A stretch of DNA of 64,000 nucleotides from an uncultured Gammaproteobacteria bacterium (GTDB taxonomy: Bacteria > Patescibacteriota > Patescibacteriia > Magasanikbacterales > GWA2-37-8): positions 331,978-395,977 of the forward strand of contig CAYOXC010000001.1 of NCBI GenBank assembly GCA_964407865.1. The letters run 5' to 3'. The notes beneath the pieces are model-generated. The model saw nothing but the letters and a program-made list of their open reading frames with translations. It was not told the DNA's origin and did not search any database. Below, piece by piece: positions 25,055 to 34,874 of this stretch. The first letter of the stretch is position 1. Every line of letters begins with the position of its first letter. Made by a program: the position numbers and the translations under genes.

Positions 25055-27589
25055 ATGGAACCTCAAATAACCTTTAATCTGGAATCTTTTTTAAGCACAG
25101 ATACATTGTTAATTATAGGTGCTGCTTTTGGGGCTGTTTTTTCTTTTATTATTTTTATTAAAATTTTAAGAGCGATATTTCACCAACGCGCTAAAACAAG
25201 CAAAGCTTTTCACAAAACAATTTTATTAGTTAAAATCCCTAAAGAAATCGGAAACGGCTCTGAGTCTTCCAGCGGATCAGAAAATATTTCAAAAATTCGT
25301 GAACAAATAGCAGCTGCAGAAACTCTTTTCTCAACCGTTGCCGGTCTAAAAATAGACAAGGGGTTTATGACATGGCTTACCGGCCGAAATGATCATTTGT
25401 CGTTTGAAATTGTCGTTAAAAATGGAAAAATTTCTTTTTATGTGGCAGTACCTGATGGAAGTCGTGATTTTCTTGAACAGCAACTACTAGCACAATATCC
25501 TCACGCACAAATATCTGAAGAATCTGATTATAATATTTTTAGACCAGAAAGCCATATTGTTGGCGCTTATTTATATTTTAAAAATAAATCAGCCTTTCCT
25601 TTCAAAACATACAAACAACTAGATTCCGACCCTCTCCTTGCCATGCTTAACCCATTAAGTAAACTTGATAATAACGAAGGGGCGCTTATCCAATATATTG
25701 TCAGACCCGCTTCCTCAATTTGGCGTCAACAGGGTGTACAAATGACACGGGCGATTAGAGGCGGACAAAAATTTGAAAATGTAATGAGGCAAAGCAAATC
25801 TTCCAAAATGCTCAGTAAGATTGGTAAAAACTTCAATAAAAAAAGCTCACAAAATCAAAGTTCATCTGCTGAGCCTTACAGAATGACTCAACAGGAAGAA
25901 GAGATGGTGAAAAACATGGAAGAAAAAATTAGCCAAGGAGGAGTTGAGCTTACAATTCGATTGGTGTGCGCTGCACCATTTCAAGAAAAGGCAAAACTGA
26001 ATTTACAAAACATTATTAACTCTTTTAGTCAATATAACATCTACCGTTTTGGTAATTCATTTGGGGCGGCCGTACCGGCAAAACCAGCTAAATTAATACA
26101 AGACTCAATTTATCGCTCAATGAACACTAAGCATTATATGGTGGCCAATACCACAGAAATGGCCAGTTTTTGGCATTTGCCTCTACCCTCAACAGAAACG
26201 CCTCATATTGACTGGCTGGGTGCACGCAAAGCCCCACCACCGCTTAATATGCCCACAGAAGGCATTGTGCTCGGCCGCTGTCTGTATCGCGGCGAAGAAA
26301 AAATTGTAAAAATGAAAAAAGGAGATCGTCGACGACACCTTTATACTGTTGGTAAATCTGGCGGCGGTAAATCAGTCTTTATTCAAAATCTGGCTGTTCA
26401 AGATGTAAAAAATGGAGATGGAGTCTGTGTTATTGATCCACACGGAGATTTTGCGGAATACGTACTTCAACACGTACCCAAAGAAAGAGCTGAAGACGTA
26501 ATTTATTTCAATCCTGCAGATGTGGAGCGGCCGATTGGAATGAATATGCTTGAAGTAAAAAATGAAGAACAAAAAGATTTCGCTACTCAGGAAATGATTT
26601 CTATTTTTTATAAAATGGTTACTGACCCCTCTATGATCGGGCCGATGTTTGAACACAATATGCGCAATGTCATGTTAACCCTTATGTCAGACATGGAAAT
26701 GCCTGGGACAATCGCTGAAATACCGCGCATGTTTACTGACGACGCTTTTGTTGAAACTTGGAAGAAAAAGCTTAAAGATCCGGTGGTACTTTCTTTTTGG
26801 GAAAAGGAAATGGCGAAAACTTCTGATTTTCACAAATCAGAAATGCTTGGTTATTTAATCTCAAAAGTCGGACGCTTTGTTGAAAACTCCATGGTGCGCA
26901 ATATTATTGGCCAATCGCATTCTGGTTTTAATTTTCGTGAAGTAATGGATAATAAAAAAATATTATTGGTTAATCTGGCAAAAGGTCTGGTCGGAGAAAT
27001 AAACGCCAACCTGCTAGGCATGATAATTGTATCTAAACTGCAAATGGCAGCCATGGAAAGAGCGCAATTACCCGAAGAAGAACGCAATGACTTTTATTTA
27101 TATATCGATGAGTTTCAAAATTTTATCACCGACTCTATTGCCACAATTTTATCTGAAGCGCGCAAGTACCGTCTTGATTTAATTATTGCCCACCAATATC
27201 TTAAACAGCTTGAAGATAACAAAGGAAAGACAACTGTTAGGGATGCGGTGCTGGGCAATGCTGGCACGATTGTGTCTTTCAGAATCGGCATTGAGGATGC
27301 AGAAATATTACAAAAAGAATTTGCACCGGTTTTTTCCGCCTATGACCTGATAAACGTTGAACAATATACTGCTTATATTAAACTGCTTATTGACAATACC
27401 GCTGCTAAACCGTTTAATATGATGACCTACCCGCCAGAACCCGGCAACAAAGAGTTGGCCGCGGCAATCAAAGAACTTTCACGCCTTAAATACGGCCGTC
27501 CGCGCGAAATTGTAGAAGCGGAAATCATGGAACGCTCGGCTCTAGGATCAATAGGAGGCGAAAATAAACTTAGCGAATCTTCGCTTTAA
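25055..27589 (+). CDS. FtsK/HerA/VirB4-TraG superfamily P-loop ATPase with an N-terminal TM anchor and a novel N-domain
   Basis: Walker A VGKSGGGKS, VIDPHGDF (DPKGE-like), Walker B YLYIDEFQNF, AHQ sensor motif; N-terminal 400 aa homologous to ORF 32302..33681. Confidence 0.6.
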   Translation: MEPQITFNLESFLSTDTLLIIGAAFGAVFSFIIFIKILRAIFHQRAKTSKAFHKTILLVKIPKEIGNGSESSSGSENISKIREQIAAAETLFSTVAGLKIDKGFMTWLTGRNDHLSFEIVVKNGKISFYVAVPDGSRDFLEQQLLAQYPHAQISEESDYNIFRPESHIVGAYLYFKNKSAFPFKTYKQLDSDPLLAMLNPLSKLDNNEGALIQYIVRPASSIWRQQGVQMTRAIRGGQKFENVMRQSKSSKMLSKIGKNFNKKSSQNQSSSAEPYRMTQQEEEMVKNMEEKISQGGVELTIRLVCAAPFQEKAKLNLQNIINSFSQYNIYRFGNSFGAAVPAKPAKLIQDSIYRSMNTKHYMVANTTEMASFWHLPLPSTETPHIDWLGARKAPPPLNMPTEGIVLGRCLYRGEEKIVKMKKGDRRRHLYTVGKSGGGKSVFIQNLAVQDVKNGDGVCVIDPHGDFAEYVLQHVPKERAEDVIYFNPADVERPIGMNMLEVKNEEQKDFATQEMISIFYKMVTDPSMIGPMFEHNMRNVMLTLMSDMEMPGTIAEIPRMFTDDAFVETWKKKLKDPVVLSFWEKEMAKTSDFHKSEMLGYLISKVGRFVENSMVRNIIGQSHSGFNFREVMDNKKILLVNLAKGLVGEINANLLGMIIVSKLQMAAMERAQLPEEERNDFYLYIDEFQNFITDSIATILSEARKYRLDLIIAHQYLKQLEDNKGKTTVRDAVLGNAGTIVSFRIGIEDAEILQKEFAPVFSAYDLINVEQYTAYIKLLIDNTAAKPFNMMTYPPEPGNKELAAAIKELSRLKYGRPREIVEAEIMERSALGSIGGENKLSESSL

Positions 27590-27636
27590 TTCAATCTTTT
27601 ATTATTTTATTACCTTAAGGAGGCAATATTTTAATT

Positions 27637-29202
27637 ATGTCTACTCTATATAGAAAATATAGACCACAAAAATTTTCTGACTTAATAGGACAGGAACATC
27701 TAACACAAACGCTAATAAATGAAATTGCTACAGATAGGATTGCGCATGCTTATCTTTTTTCGGGACCTCGAGGTATTGGTAAAACAACAATGGCTCGTCT
27801 TTTGGCAAAAGCGATAAACTGCGAAAATAGAAAAAAAGAAGAATCAGAACCATGCAATAAGTGCTCCTCTTGCTCTGAAATTGCCGCTTCTCGAAATATT
27901 GATGTAATTGAAATTGACGCGGCTTCGCATACTGGCGTAGATAATGTCCGAGAAAATATTATTGACAATGCGCAGTTCAAACCAACCCGCTCACGATATA
28001 AGGTATTTATTATCGATGAAGCTCACATGCTTTCAACCAGCGCATTTAATGCCCTATTAAAAACTCTTGAGGAACCCCCTGCGCACGCAATATTTGTTTT
28101 AGCTACTACAGAATACCATAAACTGCCAGCTACTATTATTTCACGCTGTCAGCGCTTTAATTTTAAAAAAATTAAAGAAGAAACAATGCTCAAAAAATTA
28201 GAATCCATCGCCAAAGATGAGGGTGTTAAAATTGACAAAGAAATTTTAAAAAGAATTGTGGAAAAAAGCGAGGGCTGTATGCGCGATGCAGAGAGTCTGC
28301 TGGGTCAATTAATTTCATTGAATGTCAAAAAAATTGGCGCAGAGGAAGCTTCCTCAATTTTACCAGCGGCAGAAATCGATTCTATTCTAAATTATCTCAA
28401 AGCTATAGCTGAAAATAATGTTAAGGAAGCGATTGAGATAATTGACCTGGTTGTAAAAGAAGGCGCCAGCTTAGATGAATTTGCTTTACAAACAATTGAA
28501 GTTCTCAGGGCAATAATGGTTGCCCAATCCGGTCACACTGCTTTTGGTCTTGATTTTTCAGAAAATGATAGAAAAAGAATACGCGAATTATCAAGCCTTT
28601 TTAGACGCGACAGATTAATTGCTTTAATTGACGGAGCAATAAAACGACGCTCAGAAATGAAATACGCACCCGTACCACAATTACCATTAGAACTTTTAGC
28701 CGTAGAATTTTCTAACAAGGATGATAAAAATATAAACAATACACCACCACCTTCAGGTTCTAACGATAAACCAAAAAATACTTCAGAATCTATAGAAACG
28801 AAAGATGTGAATCCAATAATCAATTCAGATGAGACTCCAGTAATCAATCCAAATGTCACAAACAACGATGCTCCTGCGTTAAATATGACCGAGGCTAATA
28901 ATTTTTGGTCAGAAGTTGTCCTGCAAATTTCTGAGAAATTTCCTTCACTGGCCTTTGTTCTTAAAATGGCAGAAATTACTGAAACAAATGGAAATTGTGT
29001 TAATATTGCAGTTCCCTACTCATTTCATAAAGAAAAAATTGAGGAAAATAAATGTCGTAAAGCAATTGAAAATATATTTAGCGATCTAGCAGGCAATCCG
29101 GTCTTGATAAGCTGTTCGCTAAAAGACACTGCCCATTCACCTGCTATTGACGCAGAATTAAATAATCTTGCCGCTGAATTCGGCGGAGAATTAGTTAATT
29201 AA
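27637..29202 (+). CDS. dnaX: DNA polymerase III subunit gamma/tau
   Basis: LYRKYRPQKFSDLIGQEH, GPRGIGKTT, zinc module CxxC, SRCQ motifs. Confidence 0.9.
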   Translation: MSTLYRKYRPQKFSDLIGQEHLTQTLINEIATDRIAHAYLFSGPRGIGKTTMARLLAKAINCENRKKEESEPCNKCSSCSEIAASRNIDVIEIDAASHTGVDNVRENIIDNAQFKPTRSRYKVFIIDEAHMLSTSAFNALLKTLEEPPAHAIFVLATTEYHKLPATIISRCQRFNFKKIKEETMLKKLESIAKDEGVKIDKEILKRIVEKSEGCMRDAESLLGQLISLNVKKIGAEEASSILPAAEIDSILNYLKAIAENNVKEAIEIIDLVVKEGASLDEFALQTIEVLRAIMVAQSGHTAFGLDFSENDRKRIRELSSLFRRDRLIALIDGAIKRRSEMKYAPVPQLPLELLAVEFSNKDDKNINNTPPPSGSNDKPKNTSESIETKDVNPIINSDETPVINPNVTNNDAPALNMTEANNFWSEVVLQISEKFPSLAFVLKMAEITETNGNCVNIAVPYSFHKEKIEENKCRKAIENIFSDLAGNPVLISCSLKDTAHSPAIDAELNNLAAEFGGELVN

Positions 29203-29212
29203 CTATTTTAAC

Positions 29213-30253
29213 ATGAAATACAAGTTATTTTTTTTAATTTGCGCTGTGTTTTTTCCTGTAGCAGTATTTTCTGCTGACATGGAAACAAAAAATATTGCAG
29301 TACCTTTTATTCCAGAAGTTCATGATGGTATTTGGCTTCCACCGTGGAACAATGCCTGTGAAGAATCGAGTATAACAATGATTGATCAATATTATTTAGG
29401 GGTAAAAAGCATAACTGTTACCAAAGCTCGAGCGTTGATGCTACCTCTTTTTGATATTGAAGATACAATGTTTGGTTCTCACGAAGACACAGATGCGGCT
29501 CGAACTGCGCAACTAGCCAATCATGAAATGTCATTTTTGGCGACTGTAAAAGAAAATCCAACTATAGAAGAAATAAAGGAACAAATAAGAAATAATCGAC
29601 CTGTAATATCGATGCATTATGGGTTTGGGTTAAACAATCCGCATCACCGTTTTCGTCGAGGAGGATCTTCCTATCACACCTTAGTTATTAGTGGCTTTGA
29701 TGACAATACTAACGAGTTTATTATACAGGATTCTGGCGACTACAGCGGTTCAAACTATAGGTACTCATACAATACAATTATGAATACCATGCACGATTTT
29801 GACCATATGACCGGCAAAGCTGATGGACCAAAAAGGGTTGTTTTTACCATGAGACAAATGTTAGCCAAGGCAGAAGGTAGTACCAGGATCTATTATATAG
29901 TGAATAATACTAAACACTATGTCACCCACCCGGGCTTATTTAAACAACACAACTGGGAATGGCGACGGGTAAAAATTGTATCAAAGGAATTTATGGCACA
30001 ATTTACAGATGGCGACGCTATTACTTTTGAAACAAATCTTGATGATACAAAATCTGCGGCTGGCGCAACTGTTCCGGATCGGATAGTAAAAGCTCAGGGC
30101 AGTACTAGAATCTATTTGATAAGAAATAATTACAGGCATTATATTTCACATCCGGATCTGTTTAAAATTCACGGCTGGTCTTGGTCGGCTGTAGAAACTG
30201 TAACAAAGACATGGCTTGATAGCCTGCCCCTAGGTGATGCGATCAGAGAATAA
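29213..30253 (+). CDS. exported papain-like (C39-like) peptidase-domain protein with two tandem C-terminal repeats of about 45 aa
   Basis: Signal peptide; Cys (NACEES) and His (YHTLVISGFDD) arrangement; repeats EGSTRIYYIVNNTKHYVTHPGLF and QGSTRIYLIRNNYRHYISHPDLF. Confidence 0.4.
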   Translation: MKYKLFFLICAVFFPVAVFSADMETKNIAVPFIPEVHDGIWLPPWNNACEESSITMIDQYYLGVKSITVTKARALMLPLFDIEDTMFGSHEDTDAARTAQLANHEMSFLATVKENPTIEEIKEQIRNNRPVISMHYGFGLNNPHHRFRRGGSSYHTLVISGFDDNTNEFIIQDSGDYSGSNYRYSYNTIMNTMHDFDHMTGKADGPKRVVFTMRQMLAKAEGSTRIYYIVNNTKHYVTHPGLFKQHNWEWRRVKIVSKEFMAQFTDGDAITFETNLDDTKSAAGATVPDRIVKAQGSTRIYLIRNNYRHYISHPDLFKIHGWSWSAVETVTKTWLDSLPLGDAIRE

Positions 30254-30342
30254 TCAATGACTAAAAAATAACTTTTTTTACAATAACCCCGTATCTTGCG
30301 GGGTTATTAATTTTCTGCTAGACTAGTTGCACAAATTTATAC

Positions 30343-30413
30343 TCCGAGATCGTCTAATGGTAGGACACGAGACTCTGAATCTCGTTATCTAGGTTCGAAT
30401 CCTAGTCTCGGAA
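30343..30413 (+). tRNA. trnQ: tRNA-Gln (anticodon CTG)
   Basis: TCCGAGA/TCTCGGA acceptor with U1:A72, anticodon loop CTCTGAA, T-loop TAGGTTCGAATCCTAG. Confidence 0.8.
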
Positions 30414-30417
30414 CAAG

Positions 30418-30447
30418 CAAAAACAGGCATAACAAATGCCTGTTTTT
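30418..30447. terminator. bidirectional rho-independent terminator
   Basis: aaacaggcat-aacaa-atgcctgttttt. Confidence 0.6.
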
Positions 30448-30457
30448 TACAAATACA

Positions 30458-30612
30458 CTATTTTACAATCTCCATTATCTCAAGAAATTTATCTTTCTCC
30501 ACTGGTTCATGCTGTTCGCGAGGAACTCCGCAAGTAGGGCATTTTTCCGGCGCTTGCACTCCATAATGAAGATCATTACAAACACTGCAGCGCCAATAGG
30601 TTTTATTAGCCA
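30458..30612 (-). CDS. rubredoxin-like zinc-ribbon protein (about 51 aa)
   Basis: MANKTYWRCSVCNDLHYGVQAPEKCPTCGVPREQHEPV: two CxxC pairs typical of the rubredoxin/rubrerythrin C-terminal fold; below the ORF-track threshold. Confidence 0.6.
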
Positions 30613-30649
30613 TATAAAAATATAATTAGTTGCCTCTATTATACTACAC

Positions 30650-31360
30650 ATGATATTCTATATCCATATGCCAAAAACCAGCATTATCATTCCCACTTAT
30701 AACGAGAGGCAAAATATTAATGAATTAGTTACCAGGATTTTTAAATTAAATATTTCTGATCTAGAAGTAATTTTTGTTGATGATAATTCATTAGATAATA
30801 CAGCAAAAGAAATCGCAAAATTTTTCAATTTGTATCCGGTGAAGTTAATTCAACGTCCAAAAAAACTCGGACTCGGTTCAGCCTATATAGCTGGATTTAA
30901 ACAAGCAATTTTAAATGGTGCGGATTTTATTATGGAAATGGATGCCGACCTGTCTCATGCGCCTGAAGACATTCCCCGAATGATTGATTGTGCTAGAGAT
31001 TATGATTTAGTGATAGGTTCACGAAAAATTTCAGGAGGAAAAATTATCGGCTGGAATGCTTGGCGCCATCTTATGAGTAATGGAGCAATGATAGTTGCCA
31101 GGTTATTTCTTAATCTTAAAACTAAAGATGTCACCTCTGGTTTCCGCTGTTATAAGCGACAGGTACTTGAAAAAATCGATCTTAATTCAATAAAAAGTAA
31201 TGGCTACGCTTTTCAGGAAGAAATGCTCTATCAAACGGAAAAATTAGGATTTAAAATAGCTGAAATTCCAGTTAAATTTACAGATCGCTCTCGAGGAAAA
31301 TCAAAACTATCAACCAAGGATATTATAGAATTCTTCAAAGTGATGATAAGATTGAGTTGA
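30650..31360 (+). CDS. family 2 glycosyltransferase (polyprenol-phosphate mannose/glucose synthase, Dpm1-like)
   Basis: IIIPTYNE, VDDNSLDNT, DADLSH (DxD) motifs. Confidence 0.8.
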   Translation: MIFYIHMPKTSIIIPTYNERQNINELVTRIFKLNISDLEVIFVDDNSLDNTAKEIAKFFNLYPVKLIQRPKKLGLGSAYIAGFKQAILNGADFIMEMDADLSHAPEDIPRMIDCARDYDLVIGSRKISGGKIIGWNAWRHLMSNGAMIVARLFLNLKTKDVTSGFRCYKRQVLEKIDLNSIKSNGYAFQEEMLYQTEKLGFKIAEIPVKFTDRSRGKSKLSTKDIIEFFKVMIRLS

Positions 31361-32273
31361 GTTCTTCCATCGAATCAATCCGCACTAATTTTTTGCGGAT
31401 TTTTTTTATTTCCTTAATTCCGCTAATTCGCTCACCCTGAAAATACCAAGGCAAATATTTTCTAAATGTTACTATCCCCCGCTCTCCAAAATATTCTAAG
31501 TGAAGTTCGGCGTGCCTTAATATGGTTTTAATTAAACTGTTTATAGATAATTTTGCTCCGCTCATTTGAAAAACCTGAGGGTTTCCAAGAGCACCGCGGC
31601 CAATCATTATGCCAGCAGCACCAGTAATTTTTAAACATCTGCTACAATCACTTTGATTTTTTATATCGCCATTTGCAATAACTGGTATAGACAATAATTT
31701 AATCGCATCACCAATTTTATCCCAATTTGCCGATCCAGCATAACCTTGTACCTTAGTTCTTCCATGAATTGTCAGTAGATCAATACCCGCCCGTTCCAGC
31801 CGAGGAGCAAAATCTAAAATTTCATTTTCACTAACCCAGCCAAGACGAGTTTTTGCAGAAAGAGGACATTTTAATTTTTCTGATTTTATCGCACGGACAA
31901 TTTCTTCAGCTAGATCAGGGTATTTCATAAGCGCTGCACCAGCACGAGATTTTTGTGCTATTTTTGGCACTGGACAACCCATATTAATATCAATGCCATC
32001 AGGTTTGAATCTTTCAAAAATAATTCTTGCCGCTTTTGCCATTGAGCTTGGATTATCACCAAAAATTTGAATCACCACTGGACTCTCTCGCTTGTTAACA
32101 GTACACATGCGAAGAGTTTTTTCATTTTCTCGAATAATCGCTTCCGCGCTCACCATTTCTCGAAAAATCACGAAATTTTTGCCTGATATTTCTCTGCACA
32201 ACAAAGAAAACGGCTGATTTATATAATCAGCCATGGGGGCGAGGGCAAAAATAGGTTTATTCTTAAACCACAT
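31335..32273 (-). CDS. dusB: tRNA-dihydrouridine synthase
   Basis: LAPMADYINQPF, IDINMGCP, TIHGRT flavin TIM-barrel motifs. Confidence 0.85.
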   Translation of the reverse strand: MWFKNKPIFALAPMADYINQPFSLLCREISGKNFVIFREMVSAEAIIRENEKTLRMCTVNKRESPVVIQIFGDNPSSMAKAARIIFERFKPDGIDINMGCPVPKIAQKSRAGAALMKYPDLAEEIVRAIKSEKLKCPLSAKTRLGWVSENEILDFAPRLERAGIDLLTIHGRTKVQGYAGSANWDKIGDAIKLLSIPVIANGDIKNQSDCSRCLKITGAAGIMIGRGALGNPQVFQMSGAKLSINSLIKTILRHAELHLEYFGERGIVTFRKYLPWYFQGERISGIKEIKKIRKKLVRIDSMEELNSILSSL

Positions 32274-32301
32274 GATAGTGTTATAAATATATCAAAATGA
32301 A

Positions 32302-33681
32302 TTATCCATAAGGCAGTTCTTCGGGTTTTGGCAACTCTTTTATTTCTTCGTTTTTTGTTTGCTGAACTGGCTTGTGTTTAAGAGGCTTTTCAAAATTTTC
32401 TACCGGCAAATTAATTGGTGGCTCACTTCTTTTAATATCGGCTTTTTGCATTAGTGGCGTCTTAACAAGTGGTAATGGAAAATGCCAAACCGTCGCTAAT
32501 TCTTCAATGTTTAAAATATATGGATCATCAGAAATTTTCAACGCGCGACCTCTGTAGGCTCGAGCAATTTTATCGCCACTCATTATTTTCGCTTTAAAAC
32601 CATTGCGATTATTGATATAAAACTGGTTGAGAGAGCCAATCATACCACCGATGCACTTATGAGGCTTAAATGACTCTTTTTGAGCCACATAGAGCACTCT
32701 TACGCGAGACTTAAACCCAAGTTTAGAGATCTTGTCTTCAATGGATTCAACCACTGCTCGTGCCCCTGGTGATAAATCTGAAATCTTACCAGGAGAATCC
32801 TCTTTCTTCTTTAATTCTTCAGCGCTAAAATCATTATTCCATGCTTGTATTGCTGTTTTTAAAACCGCTTCAGGAGCTGAGCCGATATAATTAACAAGCG
32901 TCTTTTTGGGCGGCGCTTTTTTACCCGAGATTATTTTTTTAACCAAATCAATTCCGGCTGCCTTCCAGCTATTTTCAACCGGCAACACACTAATCTGCAT
33001 CCACAAATTTTCACCAGGTCCTACACGGCTAAAATTTTCAAGAATCGCTGCCATTGGATCAGCAAAAACAACATCTTTGGAAATATTATACTCAAACTCA
33101 GAATAAGTCCGAATGGGATAAACTTCATCTTCAGCAAGCGAAAACTCAATCCCCTGCGCATCATGTGTTTCATTTGGAAACTTGTCCGGTATTGAAAATA
33201 CATAATCTTCAACTTCAGTAATCTCAGCTTCAGAGTATTGGGCATATATAGCAGCTTCCACTAAATCCCGAAACTCAATTTCGGTTCGGACTAAAAACTG
33301 AATATAACCCTCAATGCTTACTATTTCAAAACTAAACCATTTAGATACTTTTCCTAAAAAATACCGATCATATACTCCGTAAGTTGAGAGGGCGCCGCTT
33401 AAGTGAGTAAAAACCTGTTCAACTGCTTTTGGAGATTGAACAAACTGCGCAGGAATATCCACGGCAAGCACTGACCATTGCCAAGTGTTAATGTACTCTT
33501 CCTGCTTAGCGGCGAGCCAACGGGTCAAGGCCTTGTTAAACAACCAAATGGCTGCAAGCCACCAAAGAAAAACAGCAAAAATAGCCCCCATCTGCTGCCA
33601 AGGAGAAAGGGTAAAAAAATTCTGCCAAAAAGACATGTCTACACTAAAGCCAAAAGGCGTATCCAGAAGCAGCGGCTCCAT
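32302..33681 (-). CDS. membrane-anchored protein homologous to the N-terminal domain of ATPase 25055..27589 (no ATPase domain)
   Basis: Alignable blocks FSFEIV/LSFEIV, AQYSEAEITE/AQYPHAQISE, and the shared C-terminal motif WH(F/L)PLP...PP(I/L)N(L/M)P. Confidence 0.5.
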   Translation of the reverse strand: MEPLLLDTPFGFSVDMSFWQNFFTLSPWQQMGAIFAVFLWWLAAIWLFNKALTRWLAAKQEEYINTWQWSVLAVDIPAQFVQSPKAVEQVFTHLSGALSTYGVYDRYFLGKVSKWFSFEIVSIEGYIQFLVRTEIEFRDLVEAAIYAQYSEAEITEVEDYVFSIPDKFPNETHDAQGIEFSLAEDEVYPIRTYSEFEYNISKDVVFADPMAAILENFSRVGPGENLWMQISVLPVENSWKAAGIDLVKKIISGKKAPPKKTLVNYIGSAPEAVLKTAIQAWNNDFSAEELKKKEDSPGKISDLSPGARAVVESIEDKISKLGFKSRVRVLYVAQKESFKPHKCIGGMIGSLNQFYINNRNGFKAKIMSGDKIARAYRGRALKISDDPYILNIEELATVWHFPLPLVKTPLMQKADIKRSEPPINLPVENFEKPLKHKPVQQTKNEEIKELPKPEELPYG

Positions 33682-33687
33682 AAAAAA

Positions 33688-33846
33688 TTATTTTAATGCA
33701 TTGAATATTCCGCCATAGACGATTAATAGAGCAAAGGCGGTCCACCACCAGCCAAATCCAGCTGAAAAATAACCGGCTAAAAAAGCTAAGAAACTGATGA
33801 TCGTAATAATAAATGCCACAAAATGCCGCGTTGAATTATCGGACAT
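33688..33846 (-). CDS. small two-TM membrane protein (52 aa) immediately upstream of 32302..33681
   Basis: ORF MSDNSTRHFVAFIITIISFLAFLAGYFSAGFGWWWTAFALLIVYGGIFNALK; 6-nt gap to the downstream gene. Confidence 0.35.
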   Translation of the reverse strand: MSDNSTRHFVAFIITIISFLAFLAGYFSAGFGWWWTAFALLIVYGGIFNALK

Positions 33847-33951
33847 ATTAAATATATTTGAAAGTTTTAACAGTATTTATTATATCACAAGCTTATAAAA
33901 TAAAAAACCCGATAATAGCATGACTATTACCGGGTTTGTTATTATATTATT

Positions 33952-34863
33952 TTAAGCTCTTCGTTGCCACTTTTCTATGTACACAAGCAAAGGCGAAGCT
34001 ATGAATATGGAAGAATATGCACCTGAAGCAACGCCGATAAGAAGCGCTAGGGCGAAATTATGGATAGTCGTGCCGCCAAAAAAGAATAATGCAAATAAAG
34101 GCAAGAGAGTCGTTAATGTGGTATTTATAGAACGCATTAAAGTCTGGTTCAGACCTAAATTTACTATTTCATCAAAAGACTCGCCAGTGCGGCGCAATAA
34201 TCGTTCACGTATACGGTCAAAAACAACAATCGCGTCATTAATTGAATAACCAAGCACTGTAAGCATGGCCACAACAAAAGCAACATCTATTTCAGTGCCT
34301 TTATAATGTCCGAGAACTGCAAAAATACCAATCACAAGCAATACATCATGCACAACAGCGGCTATAGCCATGGCTCCGTATTTCCAACTAGCAACCGGAC
34401 GAGAAACCGCGCGGAAGGCATAGGCGACATAGCCGATTATTCCGAAACAAACAAAAATAATTGCCCAAAGTGAACGTTGGCGGAGCTGCGAAGAAACAGA
34501 TGGACCAATCATTTCAAAACGTTTTTCAACAATCTTGTTATCTTCACTCTCAAATTCAGCTATTATTGCTTCTAACACTTTGGCATGAGCTTCCTCAGTA
34601 ACCAATGCAGTTCTAACAATTACACCATTTTCTCCGGTATTTTGAATTAAGGCATTACCAGCATCGTTTTTTTCTAATAAAGTTTTTAATTCAGTTACTT
34701 CCGGCCGGTTAGCAGAAAAATCTAGTTCCATCAAAGAACCACCGGTGAAATCAATGCTCCATTTCAGTCCCCAAACAACAAGAACGATAATCGATAAGAT
34801 AGTAACTAAACCGCTAAAGGTCAGCCAGATTTTCGAATATTTAATGAATGGTATTATTTTCAT
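33952..34863 (-). CDS. secF: protein translocase subunit SecF
   Basis: Six-TM SecF topology and conserved motifs. Confidence 0.85.
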   Translation of the reverse strand: MKIIPFIKYSKIWLTFSGLVTILSIIVLVVWGLKWSIDFTGGSLMELDFSANRPEVTELKTLLEKNDAGNALIQNTGENGVIVRTALVTEEAHAKVLEAIIAEFESEDNKIVEKRFEMIGPSVSSQLRQRSLWAIIFVCFGIIGYVAYAFRAVSRPVASWKYGAMAIAAVVHDVLLVIGIFAVLGHYKGTEIDVAFVVAMLTVLGYSINDAIVVFDRIRERLLRRTGESFDEIVNLGLNQTLMRSINTTLTTLLPLFALFFFGGTTIHNFALALLIGVASGAYSSIFIASPLLVYIEKWQRRA

Positions 34864-34874
34864 ATTTCAATATA

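Noticed and set aside
25055-27589. Calling the 844-aa ATPase simply FtsK
   Set aside because: FtsK has several N-terminal TM helices and a gamma domain. This protein has a single TM helix and a 400-aa N-domain duplicated in a second gene. The motifs fit the broader FtsK/HerA/VirB4 superfamily but do not identify a family.
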